The position numbers and the translations under genes are program-made. Under the pieces are notes generated by a model. The model did not search any database. It saw only the letters and a program-made list of their open reading frames with translations, and was not told the DNA's origin. A DNA stretch of 63,543 nucleotides, the filler included, from Basidioascus undulatus (lineage: Eukaryota), in NCBI GenBank assembly GCA_000826855.1. It is 7 parts of 7 records of this genome, joined end to end, with 100 filler letters (N's around TTAATTAATTAA, not from the genome) between each part and the next. Parts side by side here need not be neighbours in the genome. Positions count along the whole stretch, not along the records: positions 12,286 to 39,046 come from JTLS01000182.1; 6 more parts are not named here. One strand, written 5' to 3'. The stretch's first letter is position 1. Every line of letters begins with the position of its first letter. Shown here piece by piece: positions 12,186 through 23,525 of the stretch.

Positions 12186-12285
12186 NNNNNNNNNNNNNNN
12201 NNNNNNNNNNNNNNNNNNNNNNNNNNNNNTTAATTAATTAANNNNNNNNNNNNNNNNNNNNNNNNNNNNNNNNNNNNNNNNNNNN
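12186..12285. other. Artificial contig-join spacer
   Basis: N44-TTAATTAATTAA-N44. Confidence 0.99.
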
Positions 12286-12363
12286 CGAGATGGCCGAGCG
12301 GTCTAAGGCGCCAGACTAAGGATCTGGTCCGAAAGGGCGTGGGTTCGAATCCCACTCTCGTCA
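12286..12363 (+). tRNA. tRNA-Leu(AAG); first 2 nt lost in the gap
   Basis: A box TGGCCGAGCGG; anticodon arm CCAGA-CT-AAG-GA-TCTGG (AAG at 12318-12320); long variable arm; GGTTCGAATCC; 3' acceptor strand TCTCGTC-A; T6 terminator at about 12365-12370. Confidence 0.95.
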
Positions 12364-12549
12364 CTTTTTTGTTACCCATCCCCTCCCTTCCTCTTTCCTT
12401 CCGTTACTCCCTCCCGGATCTGCCTCCTCCAACTTCTCACCCTCTCTTTTGCGCGTCTTCCTACACAGGGCAACTCTTGGTGCTCAGGTCAAATGCAATG
12501 CTAAGTAATACAGTGTTCATCTCAATCAGTCAAAGTCCCCGCCTCCCAT

Positions 12550-13051
12550 CTATTGCTTGTCAACATCCGAGGGCACGTTGCCCGTCTTCCCATCGCGCAC
12601 GGCACCATTAGCTTCCCGTCCCATTCAATCCTCTCTAAAGAGCAAGACATGAAGACTCACCGGCGCCCCACCCGCAACCTCGATGCTCCCGTCCGCCCCA
12701 GCAGCCCGGACCTTGTTGTCCGTCCCCGCGCTTAGGTTGTTCGCGCCCGTGCCGGTAGACCCTGCGGGCGCGACGCCCGAGATGCCCACGACGGGCGCGT
12801 CGGAGAAATCGCCGGCGGTGTGCGCGACACCGGTGGATTGGGGGACGCCGAGGCCCTTCTCTGGAGGGTGAATGGCTGGAATCAGATATCGAGTAGAGCG
12901 GAGGCGAGGGAAGAAGGGGCAGGGGACGGACGGGGAAGGGTAATTGGGCAAGGGGCAAGGGGAAGAAGGGGAAAGAAGACGCACTCTCAACCTCGTGCTT
13001 GGTCGCCTTGGAGGAGGCAGCGGAGGAGTCGTCGGGCTTGTGGATGGCCAT
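12550..13051 (-). CDS. Small hydrophilic Gly/Ala-rich protein (3 exons), function unknown
   Basis: caaaacaATG context; MAIHKPDDSSAASSKATKHE / PPEKGLGVPQSTGVAHTAGDFSDAP..GGAP / ANGAVRDGKTGNVPSDVDKQ*; upstream TATA. Confidence 0.6.
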
Positions 13052-13229
13052 TGTTTTGGAATAAGTTATTTAGCTAGTTCTGGTGGTGGAGAGAATGTGA
13101 GCTGCGACGAATTGGCGAGGAGCGGAAACGGGACGGACGGTAGGGAGGGTCGTGTGAACGTGAGCTGGTGTGCGTAGGTGTAAGTCGTGGATAGGTGAAG
13201 TAAAGAAGATCGTCCTGGCACGAACGCCC

Positions 13230-13236
13230 TTATATA
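13230..13236 (-). promoter_or_regulatory. TATA box of the 12550-13051 gene
   Basis: TATATAA on the minus strand about 180 nt upstream of the ATG. Confidence 0.5.
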
Positions 13237-13741
13237 TGCCGGAGAGCACTGTTGGAGCGGCGAACTTCGAGCTCATGAGGTGCGAGGGAGGAAGGCATGA
13301 CGCAAAACGAGGATGGAGAGAAGAAGCTGCCCCGGCTGCCCCGGGAAGCGAGCATCATTCCCGGGGGCTTCTCCACTTCCGTTTGTCTTGGGAGCGGTGG
13401 AATATTGAAATGGATTACGAGGTTGTGTATGGTTTAATATCTTTCTGGAACTTTTGGGTGCGATGGGATGTGTGCACTCGGCGGTGGGCGATAGGACCGC
13501 TGGAAGTGACGTAAACAAGCCAGGGCTTCCCAAACGCCTTCTGTTCGCCGTTTCAGCGCCAGACGCCTGCATGCAGGCATTGTCTTAAAAAGTATGAGTT
13601 GGAAGCAAGCAGCTCGCTGTACTCCGTCTGGGAAAGACGAGGCATGCGAAGACGAGAGGAAGCGCCTTCAGCAGTCGAAAGGCTGCAAAGTTCGGACTCT
13701 TGTCTCTTGACCCTCGACCACCACCATCTCACCCTCCCACA

Positions 13742-15050
13742 ATGGCCTTGAGCCCCTCCTCCCGCGCTCCACTTGATCCACAGCCACATCTTCACGTACG
13801 CAACGGACTCTGCCGTAGACGACGCGTTCAAGCCGGACACTGAGGAGGCGGCGCGGACGAGGCGGAGCCTGCCACTGGTGTGCCGCGAATGGAGGGCGAG
13901 TCTCCCACACAACCTTCCCACGACCAGCAACTGACGGAGCATGAACATCTTTCTATCAGGCCCTCGTCTACTGGCGCATCACCTTCGGTGACCGCGCCTC
14001 CTGGACGCAGCTTCGCCAGCCAGGCGTCTTCCCCGGGCAGCGGACCAAACCTCGACTCCCTCGCCTCCGCGGGCTCCTCCCTCCCTTCAGAGATGCGGTC
14101 CCTCGCGCTCTAGCCCACGGGGTCGTACGACCTCCTCTCTTCCGTTTCCGCAGTATGCCGGATCCTCTCCCAGAATCTCCAGGCGCTCGCGTGCGCGGCG
14201 GACCTGAGCGCCGCGCTGTGGCTGCCCGTGCTCGTGCACTCGGCCGCATCCTCATCTCCTTCCGAGATCGTCCTCAACAGCAAGTACATCTCCCCCGCCG
14301 TGATCGGCACCTCAACAAGCTCCCCAACCTCATGCACCTCCGCGCGACGGAGTACCCCACCTCTGGCGGCTCGTTCCCGGCCACGTCCGGCACCCTCGCC
14401 TCGCTCCCACCGCTCCCGCTCCTCAAGCTTAAGAGCCTCGAGGTTGTCCCCGAGGACGCACACTACGTCGGGAGTCCCAAGAAGTTCATGCACGCGGTCG
14501 CACACGCGTCCTTCCCCGCGCTCGAGCACTTCGCTCTCCAAGCCGACGATGATTGGGCGGCCGACGGCGCCGCGCAGCTCGCTGGTGTCGGGCGCGCGCT
14601 CAAATCGCGCGAGCCACACCCAAAGATGTCGCGATCGACAACCTCACCAACCTCGCGCCCCCGCTCAAGGATCTCACGTTCTTTTTCCCCCTCACGCGGG
14701 ACGGGCGGCACGACCCCACGCTCCCGCGCCGGTTGCGCCACCCGACGCGGCGCAGGCTCCACCCATCTTGTCGACAACTTGACCCGCACGGACGTCCCGC
14801 GCCTCGAGCGTGCAGTTTGAACCCCGCCCTACCTACCGTTTGGGGATCTCCTGGAAGGTGGTGGATCTCGAGCCGTGGTGCGGGGAGATCGACGAGGATG
14901 CGGATCTGTGGCGGTGGGCCATTGAGAGGGCGATCGAGCTGGATGGGATGGGCATTGCCTGCCTCGACTGGAAGGGGGAGACGTTCGGGGGGCTGGGAGG
15001 GCGAGCGCGAGCGCTTGGGTCGGGACAGACGCGGACCGCGGATCGAACAC
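13742..15050 (+). pseudogene. F-box-like/LRR gene with multiple frameshifts
   Basis: LHLIHSHIFTYA..RRSLPLVCREWR (F-box-like) is out of frame with the ATG; GC-AG intron; LRR-like LNKLPNLMHL, LKSLEV, FPALEHFAL and PRLERAV lie in different frames; C-terminal WAIERAIELDGMGIACLDWKG. Confidence 0.65.
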
Positions 15051-15089
15051 TTTCACTGCTACTTTTTTCCCTTTCATTTCCACGGATGT

Positions 15090-15596
15090 ATGCTTTTCTA
15101 TTTGCTGTTGTACGCGAGATTTCTGTGCCAGATGATCATAGAACGTGCGTTGTGGAGCCTGTCGCTCGGGTGCTCGAGGCTCATCATCAAAATCCAGCTC
15201 ATTCATCCCGGACACTCTCAACGACCATCTGCCCGTCTGCCAGCGCGGGGAATCGTCCATGTAGAGGCGCCGCAAGCCACACATAAGTGATAAAAGATCC
15301 TGTGCTTAACGATGGTTGAGGGCAAAGACGCGGTATGTCGTCCGAAACTAGTGAGTCAGAGCGAGTAGTTCCGGTTTCGTCTGAGCGGTGTTTGCGAGCC
15401 TCATGCACTGATTGCGACTTGAAAGGTTGATAGAACAACAGAGCAGCGGCCTTGTGAGAGTGTTGAAGGAGCGTGAGACGAGGCAGAGCGACGCCAGAGT
15501 GGCCGAGTCCCGGGTGTACGCGAGAGGGTGCGAGAGAGCGCCGACCTCGGCGAAGATGAGCGCGTGGATCTCAGGGAAGAGATGCGAAAGGACCGT
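15090..15596 (-). pseudogene. F-box-like family paralogue A
   Basis: VLSHLFPEIHALIFAEVGALSHPLAYTRDSATLASLCLVSRSFNTLTRPLL; start codon reads ACG where B and D have ATG; downstream frameshift and stop. Confidence 0.75.
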
Positions 15597-16487
15597 TTCG
15601 AAGTATTTCGTGAGAGATATAGGGTCGGTCGGTAGAAATTGGTGTGGGCAGCAAATGGCTTCGGTGGCGAGGGAATGCGCGGTGCGAGATGGTGGTTGTG
15701 CGGAGGCAAGAACCGGGTCACGGCACGCGCTGACTGTCAGAACTGGCCTACAGTTCATTCTCGCAAATGTCGTACGGAGACACTTCGAGTAAGAAATCCG
15801 TCTTTTCTATACTCTCGATCGACAGTGAACAATACTTAGAAATGAGCAAATGGCTCTGAGATCCTCCTCAGCCCCCTATGGCGCTTGACAGACAGCGGCA
15901 CTTCTGCATTCATTAAACCACTCCTCCTATAAACCAACACAATACTTTCATGGCACGGCAGTTTGATCTCGGACAGATCTCATGGAGAAAGCCTTCAATG
16001 AGGCCAGTGGAGTGCGTCGATACAGGTATTGATGCAGACTTTAGGTGAGTCTGTCAGTGGCACGGAAAGCGGGTGCATGCAGCCTATGAGGCAATTTCAA
16101 GCTATGAAGGACTGACAGAAAGCATCAGAACGTTGGTGGCAAGACTGAGTCGACTGCTCATCAATTGAAACCCAGCGGGGAACGGCATCAGACTACAATA
16201 TGGCCTGTAGCCATGCTCTATGCAAAAAAATCGGGCAGGGAAGAAGGGGGCAATACAAAGTGGTTCTGCCATACAGAATTCAGGCAACGACTTTCTGTGC
16301 ATTGGACTATCTGGCAAGTAGCGATGTAAGTTCATGCATCATACGGACGGTGCGTCGACGAGCGCATCATTGATGGGTCAGAGTAGTACGGCCCCGAATT
16401 CATCCAAGATAATCACGGTCCTGTGCAACAACAACGAACACAAAACAACCGAAGCCTCATGCTGACAGAAGTGCCCCCCACATCCAC

Positions 16488-17252
16488 CTACTCCGCCAGC
16501 TCCTGCAGCGTTTCATGGACGATGTGATCAACGAATGCTCTGTGCTTGGCAGTCGACATGACGAGCACTTTGGCTTGGAGAGCCTAAGGTAACCCATTTT
16601 GCGTCATGGAGAAGAAAGCGCTATCGCTGTAGCCTCGGGAAGGGCCATCGAAGCCGAGAATGAGTTTGCGCAGCGCTCGCGCTCCAGTCAGGAAGCGCGA
16701 GATGCCGATGAGATATCTTGGGAATCCGTGGCGAAACAAACAGCGACGTGAGAGAGGAAAGGTATGCCGAGAAGGAAGTCTACCTCATGGGCCAGATGGA
16801 AAGAGATGTGCCACACCACAAGGCGCTTGCCTGTCTGCAGGAGAGATGTGGGTAACACCCCAATATAATGGCAAGGGAATGAGACTTCTTCCAGAACGAG
16901 GGAAGGGCGGTCCTCACGTGGGGCTTGTCATAGAGAGTCGCTGAAAATTGCACATCCTAGGGAAGAGAACGTCCTGAAGGTAATAAATGATGTTCTTCGC
17001 ACGGAACGAGCGAGTCACAGCGAGCAGGTGCGGTTTGGTTCGAGCGGTGTTCGCAAGCTTCGCTACCTGAGCGATTCCCGAGATATTAATCGACTCATAG
17101 AGCAGAGGAGCTGCGAGCGCATTGAACGGGCGTGATACGAGGCAGAGGGACGACAGGGCGGCGTAGTCTGTGGTGTAGGGAGCGGGTGCGAACGAGCGCC
17201 GGCCTCGGCGATGACAAGCGCGTGAATCTGGGGAAGGAAACCATAGGACCAT
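16488..17252 (-). pseudogene. F-box-like family paralogue B
   Basis: MVL/FLPQIHALVIAEAGARSHP/YTTDYAALSSLCLVSRPFNALAAPLLYESINI..ANTARTKPHLLAVTRS; frameshifts and internal stops; 3' end homologous to paralogue D. Confidence 0.75.
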
Positions 17253-17805
17253 TTCGAAAGTTTTTTTATGAGGACTTGAAGGTTGACCGCGATCGGTCGA
17301 GTTGGATGGAGAAGGATACGGGTGTGGTGGCGAGGGGACGCGAGTGAGATTGTGGTGGTCAGGAGACAAGACGAGGCCATGCCGCGCGGTGCAAAATTGG
17401 CTCGCTTTGGAGGAATTGGCAGTCTACTTTCGACACGCAACTGTAACGCGTGGTGAACATATTGCCCGTTTCAAAGCAAAACAACAAGCTGATCCATTCC
17501 ACAGTCAGCTGGTTGCTCTGAAGTGTACCGCTGTCTTGCGCGCTATAGGACTGTCGTGTATCAAGTTGGGTGGTTCAGATAATCAACGAACTTGATCAAA
17601 GATCCAAAGAAAAGAAAGTCTGGCCGATCAAGTCACGAACAGAATCATGAAGGCCGTAAACGCGATGGGCAGGTCCCGGCGGGGTAGTTGCTGGTGGACT
17701 GACTTAGATACGCATGGTCTGGTTCGGTTGCCGGAAGTCGCTTGCACCCGTAACCGGCTTCTCAATGTGAGTTCAATTCGACGAGCAACGCGCGGGGGAT
17801 GACCG

Positions 17806-19274
17806 TCAACGCCTCCATGTTTGCATCGGCTCTTTGGCCTTCCCCTCTTCCTCCAGCACGATGCCCTCCACCTTGTCCTCCCCACCCGTCGCTTCCGCGC
17901 TGTCCCCTTTCGCCGTAGCATCCACCTGCATCGCTTCCGGGCGATCGTCGGCCGCTGGACTCGGTACGAACGGGACGTCCCGGAACAGCCGGTCGCGGTA
18001 GTACTTGAGCTCGTCAATGGAGGAGAGGATGTCGTCCAGCGCTCTGAGAAGAAGGAAAGGCCAGACCTCAGTGAGATGTCGGAAGACAGAGAGATGCAAG
18101 GCCAACGCACCGATGTGAGGATTCAGTCTGACCGGACTGCCGCGCTCGCGACGGCAAATCGGGGTACCACCGCCTCGCAAGTTCCTTGATCGTCGATACG
18201 TCTGAACGCGCCCGCCGTCCCATTAGCCTCATTCCCCGCTCGCGCTATCCAATGAGCCGACGCACCGACGATCCGATAATGCAGCCACTCCGCAATGTCC
18301 TTCCACCCGTCCGCATTGACGTCTCTCTCCATGAAGCGCTTGTCGACGTGCACGCTCGATCCTGCCAAAACACCCGCGCGGCGCTCGGGAATCCAGCGCT
18401 TGACGTAGCGCAGGACTTCTTGTGCGCAGTGCGCCGGGCTATGCGGGGAGGCGAGACAGGCGCGCGTGAGGCCGGAGATGCCGTGCTGGCGCGTGCACCA
18501 GGGGCCCATTCTGCAAATAAGAATGGATCGGAATTGAGCTCAGACCATGAGATGGGAGGATGGGCATTGAGAGAGACGTTCGCGTCCAAGACAGATTTGG
18601 ACGTTTGGACGATCAGGTTCAGGCCGGCGTCCACCGGTTGCAGCTTTCCGTCAGTGATCTAAACATCGCAAAACAAAATGAGCCACACGATGAGCATGGT
18701 TTTAGAGAGCGGTGAGGGAAGGGTTCGTACGATGACCGCGATCTCGATGATCCTGTCCGAGTCGATCTCGAGACCCGTGAGCTCGAGGTCGATCCAGACC
18801 TTCACTCCCAACGCGAAATGAGGATCCAGAACGATCAAGAAAAGGGAGAGAGGTAACGGACGAGGGGGCCATCCGAAGCCTTGAGCGGAGAAGAACGAGT
18901 GAGGCTGGCGGCGGTGGTAGGACTGGTTGAGGAGGTGACGCCGGCCGCTGCCGTTTGAGCCTGATGTCCCCTCGGGCGCGACTCAGCAAGCTCCCAAGTA
19001 TTAGACTTCCATTGGAAAGACTCACCGCAGCCCCATTTGAACCCTGACTCGTCCCCACCTTCCCAGCAGAGCCTCCAGCGCTCCCCATACCTGGCGTCCA
19101 CCCCGCGCGCTTCGCCACCGCCTTCCTCTTCTTCGCGGACGTCTTGGACTTCTTCGACATGAGTTGAATATACGACCACAGAGAGGAGTTTCGAGTTAGG
19201 CAGGGGGCGATAGTAGGGCTGAGGACAGGTAAAGGCGAGCGTGGGATGAGCCGGAGCCGCAGGCGAGGAGGCAT
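17806..19274 (-). CDS. REX2: Oligoribonuclease (DEDDh 3'-5' exonuclease, REX2/Orn)
   Basis: [98 protein letters not shown]. Confidence 0.95.
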
Positions 19275-20479
19275 TGATGAAGGAGGAAGGCAACCCGCGA
19301 AGACGCGCGGCGGCTGGCGTGGCGGAGACGCGTTTGCGATTTTGCGAAGGGCGCCCAGCTGCTTTCGTACGCGTCTGCGAAAGCCTCGCAAACCGCTGAC
19401 ACCGTCAATAATTCCTTGATGTATCATTCCTCAAGAAATGGAGCAACTCACAGTCACAGTCAATTGGCTGGCATGCAAGCTGTTCTTCTAGCCACAGGCC
19501 GTAGGCGACGCGCTGCCCTCCAGCATCCCCATTAGGTACCGAAGCAAGCAGAAGCGTCATGGAGAGGGTGCTATACTCCTAGGATGTTGTAGCTTTCGGA
19601 GTCAGAGACACCGTGATGGAAGCTGGGCCAGAAGTTCTACCAGAAACGGTCATGGAGACGGCATCATTCAAGATCTCCAGGTCTCAGGCAGGACATTCAT
19701 CAAAAGCCTCCAGGAGAAAACTTTCTTGCAAGGGATCATTTTACACAACCTGTATGTCGAATACTATAGAGACGCCGTGGCATTGGTGCGCTTGTCTGAC
19801 CGCTGGTCGGAAGCTGAACACCGCGCCGTCCGTGGAAAAAGGAAAGTCGTGAATCCCGAACGTTGCGCTGACTCTGTTGACCAGGTGGTCATTTACACGT
19901 GTTAACTGATTAGTCCACACGTGTGGAGGAGCCATAAAGCGTAAGAAAGGCAGGTCCAAAGCTTGGTGCCAGCGAAAGTGGACAGCAGATGGACAGCCTG
20001 ACCAAGTCCCAGTTTCTTCTCTTAGAAAATGTTGTGCTGATTTGAGCATGACGAGACCTCGGTATTTCAAACCAATCCGGCAATGTTCAGGCAATGGAAG
20101 CTTAACGGGATCATCAGTGTACCAGCGCCCAGTACTGTCGGCAGCCGACGGTGTCCATTTGATCCAGTATCTCGGTCCCATGCAATCCTTAAAAGACATG
20201 GGCTGAACACATAAGTCGACTTCAAACTTTATGTAACACTTTCAGCATCCCGTGGTTGACGATGGCTAGCCAGAATAGTAAAACTTGTCGATGCAAGTCA
20301 CGTACCTTCACCCTCTGTCTTACGAATTTTGTCATGACTATAGTAAGGACTGGGGAGATTTCTCAAGGCAAATATAGAGCCAGACTGTTTGTACTGATCG
20401 TGCTTGGGTTCTTGTCCAGTCATAGGCGTTCTTGGACGAACTTCTGTTAATAAAGATACATAAAACAACTGATAACATC

Positions 20480-20558
20480 GGCCGTTTGGCGCAGTGGAAG
20501 CGCAACTGCTTTACAACAGGATCGCAGCAGGTCGCAGGTTCGAACCCTGCAACGGTCA
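20480..20558 (+). tRNA. tRNA-Val(TAC) with a 7-nt intron
   Basis: GGCCGTT/AACGGTC acceptor; GCGC D-stem; anticodon TAC at 20512-20514; intron ACAGGAT at 20516-20522; T-arm GCAGG-TTCGAAC-CCTGC; T5 downstream. Confidence 0.85.
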
Positions 20559-20679
20559 AAACTTTTTGAAACTTATTCTGCGTACTTGCTCTTTTTTCCA
20601 AGAGCCAACGCAGACTACCCATTTTTCTAATTGCCGATTCTTCCCAGCACAGCCCAGAAGAATGCAAATCGTGTAGAAC

Positions 20680-21745
20680 AGATAAACACAGTATGTAACT
20701 TCCCAGGGTGAAACGTTGTCACACGGTGACGCAGAGCCGCGTGTAACCGCATTAAAGTGTTCATGTACACAGAAACCCGTCTGCTACAGCTGCATGATAC
20801 AATCCTTCATTATGCAAAAAAGTCCTTGTAGCCCTTCACTCACCCGCAAGCCCCCAGACCGTTCCGTCCCTAATGCGATCATAGAAATGATGATGGATGC
20901 AGAGCAGTGCGATTTTTTCCAAACTGCGAGGGGCTCAAGTGCGCATGACAATTCTGGGTGAATCGATCGAGGTAATCCTGCGTCGCTGCCCTAGCCTCCT
21001 CGTGGCTATGGTCTGAAGAGTCGACTAGAACAAGACAGTGATTCTCTTGAGAGTCTTGACTGCTTGGAGAAAGTTTCTGAGACATTGTACATAGCTACTG
21101 TAGTCGTAGCCGGGTTCCCACCAGGGACATAAGAGAGGAAAAAGGACAGCTTTGTGCATCGGATGTGTGCACCCATAGCTAGGGAAGAGTCGAATTCGAT
21201 ATATCCAACCGCTAGGTGGGTAAGAGGTAAGCCGCTGGCGCGTGATCGGATAGGAAGCGCTCGAAATAATCAAAGCCAGATCCTCCAAAAAAGCATGCTT
21301 CCACGACGTTTGAGGCATGAATACTCCAGGGGAACCTGTCGGTTGCTAAACGCTCGAGGTTTGGTGCGTAAATCTCGATGTTCTCGGAGAATTTAGGGCA
21401 CTTTGTCGCAAAGTCCGGATGACCGGAGCGAAAATACGCCATGTTGTTTGAGACGACTCCCAGTTCACGCAGGCAAACCGACTGGGTGAGCGGACGAAGG
21501 TGAGGCCACGCTTGGATGGCGGTGTAGAAGCGGAGGAAGCGACACAGTTCGCCTTCTGTAGACAAGGGCAAAAGGTAGATATGGGCGTAAAGAATGGCAG
21601 TCGCATGACGGTTGAAGTCCTTGGAGACAAGGCACAGCGAAGCCAGCGTAGCCGAGTCGGAGGTGTGAGCGCGAGGGTGAGGCGGCGCGGCCACCTCGTC
21701 AACAATGAGCTTCAGAACATCGAGGGGGAGCCTGGGAGCAAACAT
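20680..21745 (-). pseudogene. F-box-like family paralogue C (more divergent)
   Basis: MFAPRLPLDVLKLIVDEVAAPPHPRAHTSDSATLASLCLVSKDFNRHATAILYAHIYL..APNLERL; in-frame stops from 21212 interrupt the LRR-like continuation (LPT*RLDISNSTLP*). Confidence 0.7.
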
Positions 21746-22308
21746 CGTGATCGAACGCGAGCTTGCTTCGATGATTCTGGAGAATGGAGATTGAAGCGGG
21801 GATGAGCGGGCTCTGATAGGTGGTGTGTCCGATAGATGGTCGTGGTGCGGTGGCAAGAAGCGGACTCGCGGCCCCGCCAGCGACAGCGACGGGCTCGAAA
21901 GCGGGAGCCGCGTTTTGCTCTCGCTGCTGCGGGGTGGATTGCCTCTCAAGTTTGCGAGTCACATATATTTCAGGAACCCCACAGGTAGGACGGCACTAGA
22001 AGCAACTGGGTGGGCGCGACCGGGTGGGCGGAAGGCCGATTGTTGGGCGGGGGCAAGAGGGCGATAGAGCAAAAGAAACAAGTACGCACATTAAACGAGG
22101 CCCTTACTGCCGCAGTTATAAATAAAATATGAAAGGGTAGAGGGTTGTAGTCAGATGAAAGGTTCCCAGAAACTAAGTCTCTACGAGTCACTTGACCGCC
22201 GCTGTTCGATTCCATCTTTGCCTCTGAACCACGACCATTATTCCGCATCTCTCCACCATCGACATTTGCTGCTCGATCAATCTTCATCTGCTTTCGAAAG
22301 TCCTCGAG

Positions 22309-23093
22309 ATGGTCCTTCCTCGCCTCTTCCCCGAGATCCACGCGCTCATCATCGCGGAGGCCGGCGCGCCCTCGCACCCCCTCGCTCGGCCACCCTCGCG
22401 TCGCTCTGTCTTGTGTCGCGCTCTTTTAACGCGGTGGCAACCCGGCTACTCTACGAAGTCAATCACCGAGCCAACCGTGCTGATTTCGAAGCTCATCAAC
22501 ATCACGAAAACGAAACCGTACCTTCTTGCTCTCACTCGCTCGCTCCTCTTAGATGGCTCGGACTACGCTTCCCAGCCTGAGTATGGCGTTCTTCTTTCGG
22601 GCATGACGAGTCTGCGACGCCTCTACATGTACCCAGACCCGCCGCGATCACGGCCTCTCGCTCGCTCTGGAAGAGTGCTGCTTCCCCGACTATACTTTTG
22701 ACAAAATAGTCAAGTATGTGTCGGAATGTCAAACGCCTTATGGTGCTCAATATCGATTTCTCTCGTAGGCGAGAGGTGAACGTGCTCGTCGGACTGCCCT
22801 GTCTCACCACGTTGCTGTTTTTTTCAGCGACGTGTACCACCAGCCTCATCTCAACGGCCTTTCGCGGTTACTTAGTAGGGCGCCTGCGTTGTGCAGGCTC
22901 ATTATAAACTTCAATGACGATAAGGTGGTTGACAAGGGATATGGCCCGCTGGATTTTTGCGCCATGACAAGAAACGCGTTGCCCGAAGCTGGCCGAGTCA
23001 AGGTGATCGTCCGGGTGGACGACGAAAGGAACGGACTGCCATTTGATCGATGTGGGGATCGTCAATGGAATGCTGTGGGAGATCGAGGAGTAG
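22309..23093 (+). pseudogene. F-box-like family paralogue D
   Basis: MVLPRLFPEIHALIIAEAGAPSHPL/SATLASLCLVSRSFNAVATRLLYEVN/KTKPYLLALTRS..MTSLRRLYM/CRNVKRL..LPCLTTL/APALCRLII; several frameshifts. Confidence 0.78.
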
Positions 23094-23525
23094 ATGGGCT
23101 AGGGGGTCTTTCTTGCCGGGTTGAACGCTTGCGACTTTTCTTGATCGTAGTCACAGTTGATGCACAGCGAACATGAGCTTCTTTGATGAGTCGGGTCCGT
23201 ATGATGCTCTCCGACACCTGGACCGTGCTGAGGTCTAAGCAAAGCAGTTATATCTGTCTTGGAATCCCGTACACCGACCAGATGGTGAACCTGAGAGTGA
23301 GAAAGTTGAGACTGTGACGCTCGCGGCTGTTGACGTGTTCGCAGCTCGCCTCATCGTGCTGACGTCAAACCGGGCCGTTCCCCCGTCGCGCTGGTCGTCC
23401 CCCTTGCTTCCTGCCTTGATCATACCCTCCTCAGTCCATCTTCCGTTCTTCAATTTCTATCTCCAGAGCGCCTCCAGGGCCCCTGCTATCTATCCCTAGA
23501 TATCCGCCCTTCCCCTCAGCCCACC

